Numbered from the stretch's first letter, positions 30,111-41,193 are shown. The stretch is DNA of 64,000 nucleotides from Candidatus Bathyarchaeia archaeon (GCA_049516875.1 JBEKSS010000001.1:384001-448000); one strand, 5' to 3'. A program made the numbers and translations. The notes: generated by a model from the sequence alone, not told the origin.

Positions 30111-32282
30111 TTGAGCGAAGTACAGTTACGTGTTGGAGACGCAAGGCAAAGAGACGTTGGAAGAGGCATAGCCCGCTTAGACCAGAAAACCATGCAGAAA
30201 CTAGGAATATCAGCGGGCGACGTCATAGAAATATGCGGAAAAAGAACAACCTCGGCCATAGCCTGGCCGGCCTACAGTGAAGACCAGAACCGAGACCTGC
30301 TCCGCATAGACGGTTTCTCACGCAAGAACGCCGGAGTGGCCATAAACGAGTACGTCATCGTGAGAACCGCCAAGGTTAAAACGGCCCTAAGCCTCACGCT
30401 GGCCCCGGTTGACATGAGACTGAACGTGGACGAGGACTTCACCAATTTTGTCCGAAACCGCCTGATGGAAAGAACGCTCGTTGAAGGCGACACAACCCTC
30501 GTCATGATGCTTGGACACGCTATACCGTTCACCGTCACGAAAACGCGACCACACGGCATAGTCAAAATAACCGCGGAAACAAAGCTCACAATACTGAACG
30601 AACCCGCGCCTGAAGGAAAAGGCCTGCCCAGAACAACCTACGAAGACGTCGGCGGACTGCACGAAGAAATTCAGAGAGTAAGGGAGATGGTGGAGCTTCC
30701 ACTGAGACATCCCGAACTGTTCCAGCGGCTCGGAATAGAACCCCCGAAAGGAGTGCTACTGCACGGGCCGCCCGGATGCGGAAAAACACTCCTGGCCAGA
30801 GCCGTCGCAAACGAGTCAGAAGCCAACTTCTTCTCCATCAACGGCCCAGAAATAATGAGCAAGTTCTACGGTGAATCAGAAGCCAGGCTCCGAGAAATCT
30901 TCCAACAAGCCCAGCAGAACGCTCCGAGCATAATATTCATAGACGAACTGGACGCCATCGCCCCTAAGAGGGAAGAAGTCACGGGCGAGGTGGAAAGACG
31001 CGTCGTTGCACAACTTCTCGCGTTGATGGACGGGCTCTCAGGCAGAGGAAACGTCATAGTCATAGGAGCCACAAACAGGCCTAGCGCCCTCGACCCGGCT
31101 CTTCGCAGGCCTGGCAGGTTCGACCGTGAAATCGAGATAGGCGTGCCGGACAAGCAGGGAAGATACGAAATCCTGCAGATTCACACGCGAGGCATGCCGC
31201 TGGCGGAGGGCGTTGACCTCAAGAAACTGTCGGAAATGACCCATGGCTACACGGGCGCTGACGTCTCTGCTCTGGGAAGAGAAACAGCAATGAAATCCCT
31301 TCGCAGGTACCTGCCGCAGATAAACCTTGAAGAAGAACGCATACCGCCAAGCGTGCTGGAAAAAATGGACGTAACCATGGAAGACTTCATCAACGCCTAC
31401 AAAGAAATAACGCCGACCGCCATGCGCGAAGTGTTCATAGAAATCCCCACGACACACTGGGAAGACATAGGCGGACTGGAAGAAGCAAAACAGGACCTGA
31501 AAGAAGCAGTAGAGTGGCCCCTGAAAAACCCTGAAATCTTCACACGACTGGGCATAAAACCGCCCAAAGGCATACTGCTCTATGGACCTCCAGGCTGCGG
31601 AAAAACGCTCCTGGGCAAAGCCGTCGCAACAGAGAGCGAAGCCAACTTCATAACCATCAAAGGTCCAGAAATCTTTTCAAAATGGGTAGGCGAATCCGAA
31701 AAGGCCATAAGAGAAGTGTTCAGGAAAGCCCGAATGGCCGCCCCAGCCGTGATATTCTTCGACGAAATCGACTCACTCCTGCCCCGCAGAGGACTGGGAT
31801 TCTCAGACGGCGGCGTCAGCGAAAGGGTCATCAGCCAACTTCTAACCGAGATGGACGGCATAGTCACGCTTGAGGACGTGGTCGTCATTGCCGCCACGAA
31901 CAGGCCGGACATCGTGGATCCCGCAGTGCTCAGACCTGGAAGATTCGATAGACTAATCTACGTGCCAGAACCAGACGAAAAGAGCAGAACCCAAATATTC
32001 AAAATCTATACGAAAGACATGCCGCTGACAAAAGACGTGAGCATGACACAGCTGGCGACACTGGCCAAAAACTACTCTGGCGCCGACATATCAGCCCTCT
32101 GCCGAGAAGCAGCCATGTACGCTTTAAGAAAAGACGTGAACACGAAAGAAGTCACAACGGCGGACTTCGATGAAGCCAAAAAGAGAATCGGACCGTCAAT
32201 CACCCCTGACATGGAAAAATGGTACAAGAGCTTCATGCAGCAGGCCAGACAGGTGCAAAAACCCGCCACCCCGGTAGCCTAG
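30111..32282 (+). CDS. cdc48: CDC48/VCP AAA+ ATPase
   Basis: N domain plus two AAA modules (GPPGCGKT twice, [11 protein letters not shown]). Confidence 0.98.
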   Translation: MSEVQLRVGDARQRDVGRGIARLDQKTMQKLGISAGDVIEICGKRTTSAIAWPAYSEDQNRDLLRIDGFSRKNAGVAINEYVIVRTAKVKTALSLTLAPVDMRLNVDEDFTNFVRNRLMERTLVEGDTTLVMMLGHAIPFTVTKTRPHGIVKITAETKLTILNEPAPEGKGLPRTTYEDVGGLHEEIQRVREMVELPLRHPELFQRLGIEPPKGVLLHGPPGCGKTLLARAVANESEANFFSINGPEIMSKFYGESEARLREIFQQAQQNAPSIIFIDELDAIAPKREEVTGEVERRVVAQLLALMDGLSGRGNVIVIGATNRPSALDPALRRPGRFDREIEIGVPDKQGRYEILQIHTRGMPLAEGVDLKKLSEMTHGYTGADVSALGRETAMKSLRRYLPQINLEEERIPPSVLEKMDVTMEDFINAYKEITPTAMREVFIEIPTTHWEDIGGLEEAKQDLKEAVEWPLKNPEIFTRLGIKPPKGILLYGPPGCGKTLLGKAVATESEANFITIKGPEIFSKWVGESEKAIREVFRKARMAAPAVIFFDEIDSLLPRRGLGFSDGGVSERVISQLLTEMDGIVTLEDVVVIAATNRPDIVDPAVLRPGRFDRLIYVPEPDEKSRTQIFKIYTKDMPLTKDVSMTQLATLAKNYSGADISALCREAAMYALRKDVNTKEVTTADFDEAKKRIGPSITPDMEKWYKSFMQQARQVQKPATPVA

Positions 32283-32292
32283 GTGACCAAAC

Positions 32293-32526
32293 ATGCCCAT
32301 GCCCACAAAAACCTGGAAAACCCTTCCCGCCTACTTCACATTAATTGCATTCCTGCAAAAGAAAGGCGCCGTAGCAGACACGGAGCTCTACGAAGCGTTA
32401 ACCGATGAATTCGAAGACTTAGGCTACAAGGACTTCAGCGACCTGTTGATGCGACTGGAAATCAGCGGGAAAATACGCGTGACTTCCATGTCTCGCGGAA
32501 AGAGACGGGTTGAGCTTCTAACGTGA
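32293..32526 (+). CDS. Small winged-helix-like hypothetical protein
   Basis: Operonic with cdc48; AGGTGA RBS. Confidence 0.75.
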   Translation: MPMPTKTWKTLPAYFTLIAFLQKKGAVADTELYEALTDEFEDLGYKDFSDLLMRLEISGKIRVTSMSRGKRRVELLT

Positions 32527-32554
32527 GAAACAGCAGGCCTGAAAAACGACCCGC

Positions 32555-33781
32555 GTGCAACAAATGAACGAATCTTCAGATGTGATAGTCGTCGGGGCAG
32601 GCCCAAGCGGCTCCTTCACTGCCCTGAAACTCGCAAAACTCGGCAGATCCGTAACAGTTTTCGAGGAACACAGCCAAGTAGGAGTTCCCTCACACTGCGC
32701 CGGACATCTAAGCATGAAAGGCCTGAAACAGCTAGGACTGCACCCACTTCCACCAGAAATAGTCGAAAACACTTTCTACGGTGCAAACTTTTTTTCCTCG
32801 AAAGGAAACAGATTCTCAGTACGCCTTTCTCAACCAGTAACATGTGCCGTCGACCGTGTCAGGTTTGACGAGTATATTGCAGAAAAAGCACAAGATGCGG
32901 GGGCAGGCTACAGCCTGAACTCCCGGGTCGAAGCTTTGATCATAAAAAACGCCTTCGCCGAAGGGGCAGTAGTCAAACAGGAAGAGACAGCTGAGAAAAG
33001 GCAGGCAAGCGTTGTCGTGGACGCGGAAGGAATATCCTCGACGATAATTAGGGAAGCAGGCCTGCCCAGACCTCAAAAATTTGTGAAAGGAGTAGAAGCA
33101 GATGTTGAAAACGTCAAAGACGCAGAGTCGGACGCCGTTGACGTTTATCTCGGAAACAGCTATGCCCCCGGCTTCTACGGGTGGTTGATCCCGAAGAAAG
33201 ATGGAACAGCAAAGGTTGGATTAGCCGCAAGAACGGGAAACCCAAAAGAGCTCCTGCAAAAACTCATGCTTAAACATCCAGCAGCCTCAAAGAAACTGCG
33301 ATCAGCAAGAACTTTGAAAGCCACGTTTCACCCGATAACGCTTGGAGGCCCAACCGCACAGGCCTATTCAAACGGGTTCCTAGCCGTCGGCGACGCAGCT
33401 TCACAAGTAAAGCCCACCACAGGAGGCGGCGTGATTCTTGGCATGACTTGCGCACGGGTCGCGGCTGAGGTAGCCTCTGAAGCCCTAGACAGAAACGACT
33501 TCTCCAAAGAGTTTCTAGCCAAGTACCAGAACAGATGCAGAGAACTCCTCGGTTTCGACATGAAAATCATGCTCAGAATGAGAAGAACGCTTGACGCGTT
33601 GTCTGACGAAAAAGTTGACGAGGCAATCGCCATGTGCGCAAAATTCGGCTTGGACAAAACCCTTCAAAACGTCAAAGACATAGACTTTCAGGGACAAACC
33701 GTTCTACATGTTCTGCGAAGCCCGCGCATGTTGACAGCTCTTGCCTACTTCTTTTTCGCTAACCTATCTGCGAACCTTTAA
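32555..33781 (+). CDS. Geranylgeranyl reductase family FAD oxidoreductase
   Basis: VVGAGPSGS, YGWLIPK, VGDAASQVKPTTGGG. Confidence 0.9.
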   Translation: MQQMNESSDVIVVGAGPSGSFTALKLAKLGRSVTVFEEHSQVGVPSHCAGHLSMKGLKQLGLHPLPPEIVENTFYGANFFSSKGNRFSVRLSQPVTCAVDRVRFDEYIAEKAQDAGAGYSLNSRVEALIIKNAFAEGAVVKQEETAEKRQASVVVDAEGISSTIIREAGLPRPQKFVKGVEADVENVKDAESDAVDVYLGNSYAPGFYGWLIPKKDGTAKVGLAARTGNPKELLQKLMLKHPAASKKLRSARTLKATFHPITLGGPTAQAYSNGFLAVGDAASQVKPTTGGGVILGMTCARVAAEVASEALDRNDFSKEFLAKYQNRCRELLGFDMKIMLRMRRTLDALSDEKVDEAIAMCAKFGLDKTLQNVKDIDFQGQTVLHVLRSPRMLTALAYFFFANLSANL

Positions 33782-33823
33782 AATCCCACATGGACAAACA
33801 GATACGGAAGGGCAGGTGAACCC

Positions 33824-34186
33824 ATGTCTGAGTTTCGTTACAAACAAGTCATAGTCTTCCGTTCAAACCTAAGGTTGAGCAAAGGCAAGATGTCAGCTCA
33901 AGCTGGGCACGCAGCGGTCTCAGCCGCAGAGGAAGCTCGCAAGCACCACAAAGAATGGTTTGAAGGCTGGTCTAGGGAGGGACAGTGCAAAATCGCCGTT
34001 AAAGTGAAAAACGAAGAAGAACTGACAGAGCTGGAAATAAGAGCCAGGGGAATGGGTTTGCCGTATGCACTGGTTATCGACAGGGGCCTCACAGAAGTCC
34101 CGCCTGGAACAGTGACATGTCTCGGAATCGGCCCTGCCCCCGTGGAAAAAGTGGACAAGATTACCCGCAGCCTTCCGCTTCTGTAA
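33824..34186 (+). CDS. pth2: Peptidyl-tRNA hydrolase 2
   Basis: KQVIVFR..L..GK..AQAGHA, DRGLTEVPPGTVTCLGIGP. Confidence 0.95.
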   Translation: MSEFRYKQVIVFRSNLRLSKGKMSAQAGHAAVSAAEEARKHHKEWFEGWSREGQCKIAVKVKNEEELTELEIRARGMGLPYALVIDRGLTEVPPGTVTCLGIGPAPVEKVDKITRSLPLL

Positions 34187-34199
34187 ACGGGCGCCAACT

Positions 34200-35585
34200 T
34201 TGCAAGCTCCAAAACTTGAAAAGCAGATAGGGATCGAAGTCTACGCCACCAGTTCAGCAGGCATCGGCGGAAGCATCCGCGAGAACGTTGAAGACTTCGT
34301 CGTCGAAGAAGTGTTGGTTGACGGCTCAAAGGCCCAAACAAAGGCTTCAAAAAGCTGCGTCAATAGCCAAGTGTTGGGCTGTTCAACGGCCAAGAACCGC
34401 TATTTGCTTTGCGTCATGGTCAAACGGAACTGGGACACACTTGTGGCTGTTGAAAACATCGCCAACCAGCTGGGCATAGGCTCAAGGCAAATTCAAATTG
34501 CAGGAATAAAAGACGCAAAAGCCCTAACCGCTCAATACATCACAATCGAAGGCGGTTCACCCGAACAAGCTCAAAAAATCCATGTCAAAGACATAGAAAT
34601 CCGCCCGTTGGGCTATCTGAACAACAGGCTCTCGGCCTACTACCTCTTGGGTAACAGTTTCCACATACGCATCAAAACCGTAAATCACCCCAAAAAAGTA
34701 ATCAATGAGAGAGTAACGAAAACGGTTGAAGAACTCAAAGCGATCGGCGGGATTCCTAACTTCTTCGGGCACCAACGCTTCGGAACAACCCGTCCGATAA
34801 CACATCTCGTCGGAAAAGCCATCATAAAAAAAGACCCCGAAAAGGCTGCAATGCTGTTCCTAGCTAAGCCAAGCCCGCACGAACACCCTTCATCGCGAAG
34901 GGCTCGCAAACAACTCCGAGCAACACGGGATTTTGAAGAAGCTTTGGAGGATTTCCCAAAACAACTACGCTACGAAAGATCCATGCTCAGACACTTGGTC
35001 AAACACCCAGAAGATTTCGCCGGGGCCTTTAGAACACTACCGTTCAAACTGCAGGAGATGTTCATTCAAGCATACGAGTCCTACTTGTTCAACAAGTTCC
35101 TGAGCAGAAGAATCGCACAGGGGCTACCGCTAAATATGGCTGAAGTCGGAGACTACGTTGTAGCCATAGAGCGCTCAGGACTCCCCGTGCTGACTATCCA
35201 CAAAACAGTCAACCTAGAAAGACGGACAGAAATCAACAACTTGATGCAAACTGGAAAACTGCGACTCGCAATTCCACTGATTGGATTCAAACAGTATCCT
35301 TCACTAGGAGTTCAAGGAGAAATCGAAAAACGAATCCTAGAAGAAGAAGACGTTTCTCCCAGAGACTTTCGTATATCCGCGATGCCTGAAATCAGTACCA
35401 AAGGAAGACTCCGGGCCGCCATAACTCCGATCAACAATCTCTTGACGGACGAAATCTCACTTGACGCAAATAGACCGTGTAGACACGAGGTTGAAGCAAC
35501 GTTCATGCTGTATCGCGGCTCGTACGCAACGATACTGCTAAGGGAAATCATGAAACCAAGAAGCATAATAAAAGAAGGATTCTAG
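34200..35585 (+). CDS. truD: tRNA pseudouridine(13) synthase
   Basis: EDFVVEE, AGIKDAKALTAQ, PNFFGHQRFG, GSYATILLRE. Confidence 0.95.
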   Translation: MQAPKLEKQIGIEVYATSSAGIGGSIRENVEDFVVEEVLVDGSKAQTKASKSCVNSQVLGCSTAKNRYLLCVMVKRNWDTLVAVENIANQLGIGSRQIQIAGIKDAKALTAQYITIEGGSPEQAQKIHVKDIEIRPLGYLNNRLSAYYLLGNSFHIRIKTVNHPKKVINERVTKTVEELKAIGGIPNFFGHQRFGTTRPITHLVGKAIIKKDPEKAAMLFLAKPSPHEHPSSRRARKQLRATRDFEEALEDFPKQLRYERSMLRHLVKHPEDFAGAFRTLPFKLQEMFIQAYESYLFNKFLSRRIAQGLPLNMAEVGDYVVAIERSGLPVLTIHKTVNLERRTEINNLMQTGKLRLAIPLIGFKQYPSLGVQGEIEKRILEEEDVSPRDFRISAMPEISTKGRLRAAITPINNLLTDEISLDANRPCRHEVEATFMLYRGSYATILLREIMKPRSIIKEGF

Positions 35586-35592
35586 TAATAGC

Positions 35593-35921
35593 GCGCATGC
35601 CTGTTCCTAAATCCGTTTGTGGGTTGGATGTGTTTGCTTCTTCGTTTCCGTTCTTTGGCGGCTGCGGTTCCAGAGTATGCAAACCGTCGCCAGGATGATG
35701 CGAGGCCTTGGGCTGTTGCGAGTTGGAAATTACAGTTTTTGATGGTGCACTCGCGCGTCACCAGAGGTTACCCAAATCTAGGCTTGTGTGCTGACACACC
35801 CTACCCCGGGTCTACTGTATGATACAAATATGATCCAACACGGCGACAGCGTGCCCTCTGCCGCCCAACTTTGTTGCAGCTTAGAAGGGAATTTAGGACA
35901 CATGCGCACTAAGGCCTAGTG
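35593..35921 (-). ncRNA. Candidate large structured ncRNA of unknown family
   Basis: Closing stems 35593-35599/35901-35907 and 35605-35612/35891-35898, nested helices, crossing pair 35623-35629/35833-35839; G-U pairs and a GCGA tetraloop favour the minus strand. Confidence 0.6.
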
Positions 35922-36017
35922 TGGAGGTCCCTTTGTGTGTGTCGAAGCGAAATAGCGGCCAATATTCTAAAGCTTTATCACTTGGTGAATCGTGAATAGT
36001 GGACAAGATGACTTGCT

Positions 36018-37025
36018 ATGGAAGCAGCTGAAGCCGCAAGAAATGCCCTAGAGTGTGTTCTGGAAGCAAAGAAGGGCGAAACGATCATGATTTTTTGTGA
36101 CGATGAAAAGATGGACGTCTGTGAGCCGTTTTCCATAGGCGCCCTGAAGCTAGGCCTGAAAACACGCTTGGTCAAGCTGAAGACTGAACCGACCCTACGA
36201 AAAGAGATTCCTCCAGAGATCAAAGAAATCTTCACGAAACAAAGAACAGACATTTTCGTCAACTTGCTGCGTGGAAACCGAGAAGAGACAACTTTCAGGA
36301 TAAGGCTCACCGAGATGGAAACCGAAGACCACAAAGCACGCCTTGCCCACTGCCCGGGCATCACACTGGACATGCTGACCGACGGCGCCCTAGCCCTAAC
36401 CATAAAAGATCATAGAAAAATGCAAAACTTCGCAAGCAGTTTGATCCAACAGCTAAGACAAGCATCCCGTGTGGAAATAACAAACTCAGCAGGCACAGAC
36501 ATTTCGATGAGCGTTGAAAGAAGGCCCTTCTTCACGGATACGATGATAGACTGGAGCAGATTAAGTTGGATGAACATGCCAACTGGAGAGGTCACGGTGG
36601 CACCTGTTGAAGATTCGCTTGAAGGCGAACTGGTCTGCGACATGGCGATAGGCGGAATAGGCCCAATAAAAGCGGCTGTTGGGATCACGGCAAAGGATGG
36701 AAAGGTGCAGAAAACCAAGTCTCAGGACGATCAAGTACTGAGAAGTGTTGAAGAATCTTTAGAGACTGACAGCCGAGCAAAAATCGTAGGCGAATTTGCT
36801 TTCGGAATTAACCCAAAAGCAAGATTTGTTGAGGAGTTTCTCGAGGCTGAGAAGATCCTTGGCACGGTTCACATAGCCTTTGGCAACAACTCGGACATGC
36901 CTGGCGGAAAGAACCCGTCAAGTAACCACATGGACTTTCTTATATCAAAACCTACGGTCAAAATCGTCAACGAGGACAGCTCCACTTTAGATGTGCTCGT
37001 AGACGGAACGTTCAAACACTTGTAG
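36018..37025 (+). CDS. M29-like (thermophilic metalloprotease) aminopeptidase
   Basis: NMPTGEV..AP, GEFAFGINP, EAEKILGTVHIAFG, NHMD. Confidence 0.85.
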   Translation: MEAAEAARNALECVLEAKKGETIMIFCDDEKMDVCEPFSIGALKLGLKTRLVKLKTEPTLRKEIPPEIKEIFTKQRTDIFVNLLRGNREETTFRIRLTEMETEDHKARLAHCPGITLDMLTDGALALTIKDHRKMQNFASSLIQQLRQASRVEITNSAGTDISMSVERRPFFTDTMIDWSRLSWMNMPTGEVTVAPVEDSLEGELVCDMAIGGIGPIKAAVGITAKDGKVQKTKSQDDQVLRSVEESLETDSRAKIVGEFAFGINPKARFVEEFLEAEKILGTVHIAFGNNSDMPGGKNPSSNHMDFLISKPTVKIVNEDSSTLDVLVDGTFKHL

Positions 37026-37087
37026 ATTTGTACATTTGAAATGTTTAAATGCAGAAAGCAAATTCTATGACTGGAAGGTCAGGACGC

Positions 37088-37351
37088 ATGTCTGACAAAA
37101 CAGAGGAGAAATTGCCCATATCCGACTTCTACAAAGTCGTCGACTCCGTGACCATTTTCAAAAATCAGAAATGGTGGGAAGCCATAGTTGTCTTTGAATC
37201 ATACGGAAAACGGTCAATCGGCATGTACCTCTGGCAAAAAAGGGAAGACATCTGGAAGAGAAAACACAAATTCAACGTCAGGAATTTAGAAGAATGGAAC
37301 AAGCTCAAAAACGCTGTAGAACAACTCGCACCTAAACTCGCGACAAAATAA
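37088..37351 (+). CDS. Small PC4/whirly-like hypothetical protein
   Basis: KWWEAIVVFESYGKRSIGMYLWQK...WKRKHKF. Confidence 0.65.
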   Translation: MSDKTEEKLPISDFYKVVDSVTIFKNQKWWEAIVVFESYGKRSIGMYLWQKREDIWKRKHKFNVRNLEEWNKLKNAVEQLAPKLATK

Positions 37352-37423
37352 TCCGTTTTTGCAATTCAGCATTTCAATTCTTATTCCAGATTAAGATCTG
37401 AAATTGAATAGTCTTATTACTCG

Positions 37424-37873
37424 ATGCTTGGAAACAAAAACAAGGCGAACAGTATGGATGCCTTAGAGCAAGAAACACAGCAAACTCCAGAAGACTGGGA
37501 AGAAGTGGGCGAAGAAAGTCTGGAGCAAGAACATGAAACAGGCCAGAAGACTGAGAAGGAAGAGAACGAGACAGCAGAAGAGAAAGTGCATCAAAAAAGA
37601 AAAAAGAATGAACGAAAGCGTGTATCTAATCTGACGCAGGACAGAAGCAGCTTTGTCCATGGACTTGCCGCCGGTCTTGGCATCGGATGCATAGCGGCAT
37701 TTGTCATGATGTGGATAGCAGTGTTTTTCACTCCGCGAATATCATCAGGAATCACTTATGAAGCCATGTTGTCAACGTTCATTTATCCACTAATCTATCT
37801 TTTCGCACTCGGTTTGATCGCATTAACAGTGGGCATCGTAAGGGAATTTTACCCTGTGAAAAGCCGAATCTGA
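37424..37873 (+). CDS. Membrane protein with acidic N-terminus and two TM helices
   Basis: E/K-rich N-terminus followed by two hydrophobic segments. Confidence 0.7.
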   Translation: MLGNKNKANSMDALEQETQQTPEDWEEVGEESLEQEHETGQKTEKEENETAEEKVHQKRKKNERKRVSNLTQDRSSFVHGLAAGLGIGCIAAFVMMWIAVFFTPRISSGITYEAMLSTFIYPLIYLFALGLIALTVGIVREFYPVKSRI

Positions 37874-37971
37874 ACGCAAAACACATAGTGTGCTCTAAAG
37901 CTGTGTATGACGCACAAACAGCAGCATGGATTATTCCGGATGACAACTAGAAAGTGGGGTATTCTAGTCCT

Positions 37972-38733
37972 TCAAAAGGTGTATTTGTCACCTTCAGATA
38001 AGATGCGCTCTAAAGCCGCATTGAAGCTCAGAATCCCCTCCGCTTGTCTTGGCTGAAATGGGAGTCAACAGAAACTTCAAGCCCAGTTTGTAAATTGCCT
38101 GCATCACGTTTCTGCTCAGCAAACGCTTCGTTCCCTCAAGTTTTTCATCAATTGCGGATGCCAAGGCATTTGGGTTAGATGACCAATCCACAACCTTGTT
38201 GACCTCTTGTTTGGGGAGCAGATCACACTTCGACAAAAGATGCACTTGAGGTAGGAGGAAGCGGGTGTAGACCGCTGACGAGAGAAAAAGGTTTGAAACG
38301 TAGTTAAGCGGGTTAACCGAAAAAACGGCGTCAAACAGGTAAACTATGGCTTTAGGTTCTTTGGTGAGCTCGCTGCGATGTATGGTCCGCTGGCTCTGAA
38401 AGCAAACAATTCCATCTGCCCCGAGGTGTCCACCAAGACTATGTCAGATTGCAACTCCTCAATCTCCTTCGAAATCTTCTCCACTTGATCCGCGATCAAG
38501 TCTGCAGCCATTATCAAAGCCCCGTTTGGACCTAAACCATACTCTTCCATCAAGCTCCCAACATCAACTTAGTCGCGAACATCCACTTCGGGCGAGTACG
38601 GAAGCGTTGACACTCCCGGGTCTAGATTCACTGTCACAACGTCCTGCTTAGACATTTTCAACCATTCGCCAAAAGTCGCCGTAAGCTGAGATTTACCAGA
38701 ACCAGCAGTTCCTATTATGAAAACAATAAACAT
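37972..38733 (-). pseudogene. GPN-loop GTPase with one nonsense codon and two frameshifts
   Basis: GTAGSGKS, VNLDPG, DVRD*(TAA 38569-38571), YGLGPNG, VDTSGQMELF, LSKCDLL; frame changes near 38375 and 38035. Confidence 0.9.
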
Positions 38734-38812
38734 GCCCTAACAACACACCTGCCCAAACATGAAACGCCGCGCATGATATCAGGACTTCACTCCGAAGTTC
38801 AAGCTTTTCTTG

Positions 38813-39973
38813 TTAAGAAGGAATATCTGGCGGCTGAGGTTCAGACGGCTCTGAGCCGGCGTGCCTTGACGCTAAAAACACAACTATACCGACGCTGACC
38901 AAAACCACAGTCATACTCAATAATGCAATGAAAAACCATGACAAAACCGTTACAGTTCTCGTCGGGCTGTCTCCAGCAGCGTAATTCTCATTTCCAGACC
39001 AGCTTGCGCGAAGATAACATATACCGGAAACGCCTGAGAGCCAGACGTATGTGAAACACCCACTGGAGTCTGTGGAAGCTGTGCCCAGTTCTGACCAGGG
39101 CAGACCGTTTGCTTTGATGTAGATTGTGATTGTTGTGTTTTGCAGAGGCTGTGAAAGCTGCCCTGAAAGCGTGAGTGAGCTTCCCTGAGTTAGAAACGCG
39201 GATGAAATGTCCAGTGAAACGGTTGAAACTGCCAAGGCATTGTAGCTTGCCGTAACCTGCCCTGGAGCAGATTGTTCACAGTTTTCAAGTGTTACAACTT
39301 GCACTGTTGCATTCGTCAGATCATCTGGGCATTCACCAACTCTCCATCCTTCCTTCCAGTTTTCTCCTGTGCATTCAGCCATGTAGTATCTTATACCGTC
39401 ATGCAGCACGTAGTCGATTTCCCCCCTTGCACAGCGTGGCTCATGTGAAAGGTTCACGCCGATGTTCATGTGCTCCTCGCTTTCATAGTAAAAGAGCACT
39501 ACGTCCAGCCCGCCGGCTTTCATGATAGACGCTGCGATGTAAGAGAACAGGTCGCAATCTCCTTTGTTTGCCGCAATTGTCTCAACTGGATATTTGGGAG
39601 GCTTGGTCTCTTCATAGGGTATTTGGTGGACAATCATCAAAACGCCGTTTGCAAAATCCTCGTCGTCAGAGTATATTTCTCGCAAACAGTCAGCGATCGG
39701 TTTCAAAGCATGAGGCGTGATGAATATAGCGAAGTCATTTTCGGAAATCTGTACATGACTCTTCTCAACATAGTACTCCAGGAGTGACTCTGAAACTACA
39801 ATATTCAACCTGTAATGTGTGGACCCACTTGGGCGGTCTAAGAGTTCATAGACAAAGGCATAATTCGCTGACAAGACACTAGGAGGCAAGCATGAAAGGC
39901 TAACGGAAACAATCAGCACAACGAAAACTAGTTCAGACTTAATCTTCATCTTCATCTGGAAATGTTGTTGCAC
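38813..39973 (-). CDS. Secreted transglutaminase-like protein with Ig-like domain and C-terminal anchor
   Basis: Signal peptide, KYPVET...GDCD...H...E, Ig-like beta region, TM helix. Confidence 0.8.
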   Translation of the reverse strand: MQQHFQMKMKIKSELVFVVLIVSVSLSCLPPSVLSANYAFVYELLDRPSGSTHYRLNIVVSESLLEYYVEKSHVQISENDFAIFITPHALKPIADCLREIYSDDEDFANGVLMIVHQIPYEETKPPKYPVETIAANKGDCDLFSYIAASIMKAGGLDVVLFYYESEEHMNIGVNLSHEPRCARGEIDYVLHDGIRYYMAECTGENWKEGWRVGECPDDLTNATVQVVTLENCEQSAPGQVTASYNALAVSTVSLDISSAFLTQGSSLTLSGQLSQPLQNTTITIYIKANGLPWSELGTASTDSSGCFTYVWLSGVSGICYLRASWSGNENYAAGDSPTRTVTVLSWFFIALLSMTVVLVSVGIVVFLASRHAGSEPSEPQPPDIPS

Positions 39974-40060
39974 GCGAAATTTATGGCACTTATGAAGAGT
40001 GAATCAATAGCGAAAAAATGGTCTGACCGTCCACATTAAACGTTCATGAAAGCGCGCGCC

Positions 40061-40330
40061 AAAACAAGGGAGTTCATCCGAAAAAAAATATCTCAATGCC
40101 CAACTTGACTGAAAGATCTGATTTTTCTTTGAAGTCGACAAAATCGTGAACATAAGTCGGCATTTGTTGGACAAAACGGTCTGAACGCTCCCTGAGAGGA
40201 CGTAGCAGAACATGTTCTGTGAAGCCAATCTCGTGGATTTTTCTTTTTTTGCAACATTGACACAATCTGCCATACTTCCCTCAGCGTCAGGAGAAGCTCG
40301 CGTGTGAACATGATAATCTGTAATCATCTT
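40061..40330 (-). pseudogene. PHP (histidinol phosphatase-like) N-terminal remnant
   Basis: MITDYHVHTRASPDAEG, frameshift in an A-run, EIGFTEH...VKLGIE; ends near AGCGCGCGCC at 40051-40060. Confidence 0.8.
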
Positions 40331-40377
40331 ATTCCACCTAGGCACAACCAAGAGAAGAGAACGTTGGAAACCTTACG

Positions 40378-41193
40378 TCATTTTGTGATTTTTCCACCGT
40401 TCTTCTGAACAAGTTCAGATAGTTGCGACACAGCCATGTCCAAACGGTTTCTGGCAGCTGAAGTATCATCGGCAGTTGTTGAGAAATGAAGTTCGATATG
40501 TGACTTTTGCCCCTCGATCTGCACTGGAGACCTCGTGTAGACATGTGATTTCACGTAAACGTAAGGGTTGTTATGCATGACTTGGTCAATCAATGGTGCC
40601 AAGTTTGACTCCATAATGCCATCTGCGTAAATGCTTACCTCAAAAAATGCAGATTTCCCAGCCTCTTTCTTGATGGTCTCTACCAAAGACTCGTTAAAAA
40701 TGGCTTCCATTTCGGGAGGAACTCCTGGCAAAGCTATTATGAACGTTCCTTTCACCTTCGCCATCATACCTGGAGCGGTGCCAACAGGATTGGGCAGTGG
40801 CTCTGTGTCTTCGGGCAAGGTTGCCATTTTAACCCGTGGCGGTGTCAGTTCGACCTTCTCGATTCTCCCCTGCTTGAGGTAGGCATCATACTTCTCTCTT
40901 ACCATTTTCAAAGCTTTTCCGTTGACTTCGAGCCTGCGATTTAGACCTTTGGCGATTCCTTCGAGTGTTTTATCGTCAAAAGTCGGCCCCAATCCCCCTG
41001 TTGTTATTACGAACTTGGGTTTTCGGCGTAATGCTTCCTGAAGAGCTTCTGCAATTTCATCCACATCATCGCCTATGACCGTAATTCTCTTCACCATCAG
41101 TCCTAGTGAAGTGACGCGTTTAGCCAGCCAAGTGGCGTTTGTATTCAAAGTTTTTCCGATCAGCAATTCATTGCCAGCACAGATTATTTCCAA
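40378..41193 (-). CDS. CinA N-terminal/molybdopterin-binding domain protein
   Basis: GNELLIGKTLNTN, TTGGLGPTFDD, NPVGTAPG, LPGVPPEM. Confidence 0.9.
   Translation of the reverse strand: MEIICAGNELLIGKTLNTNATWLAKRVTSLGLMVKRITVIGDDVDEIAEALQEALRRKPKFVITTGGLGPTFDDKTLEGIAKGLNRRLEVNGKALKMVREKYDAYLKQGRIEKVELTPPRVKMATLPEDTEPLPNPVGTAPGMMAKVKGTFIIALPGVPPEMEAIFNESLVETIKKEAGKSAFFEVSIYADGIMESNLAPLIDQVMHNNPYVYVKSHVYTRSPVQIEGQKSHIELHFSTTADDTSAARNRLDMAVSQLSELVQKNGGKITK

Noticed and set aside
35593-35921. RNase P RNA, SRP RNA or group I/II intron
   Set aside because: I found no GAGGAAnnUCC/ACAGAA P4 strands, no SRP helix 8 and no intron catalytic motifs on either strand; kept as unknown
37972-38733. BHB introns or programmed frameshifts in the GPN GTPase gene
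   Set aside because: The lesions are single-base changes with no inserted hairpin or clear slippery site
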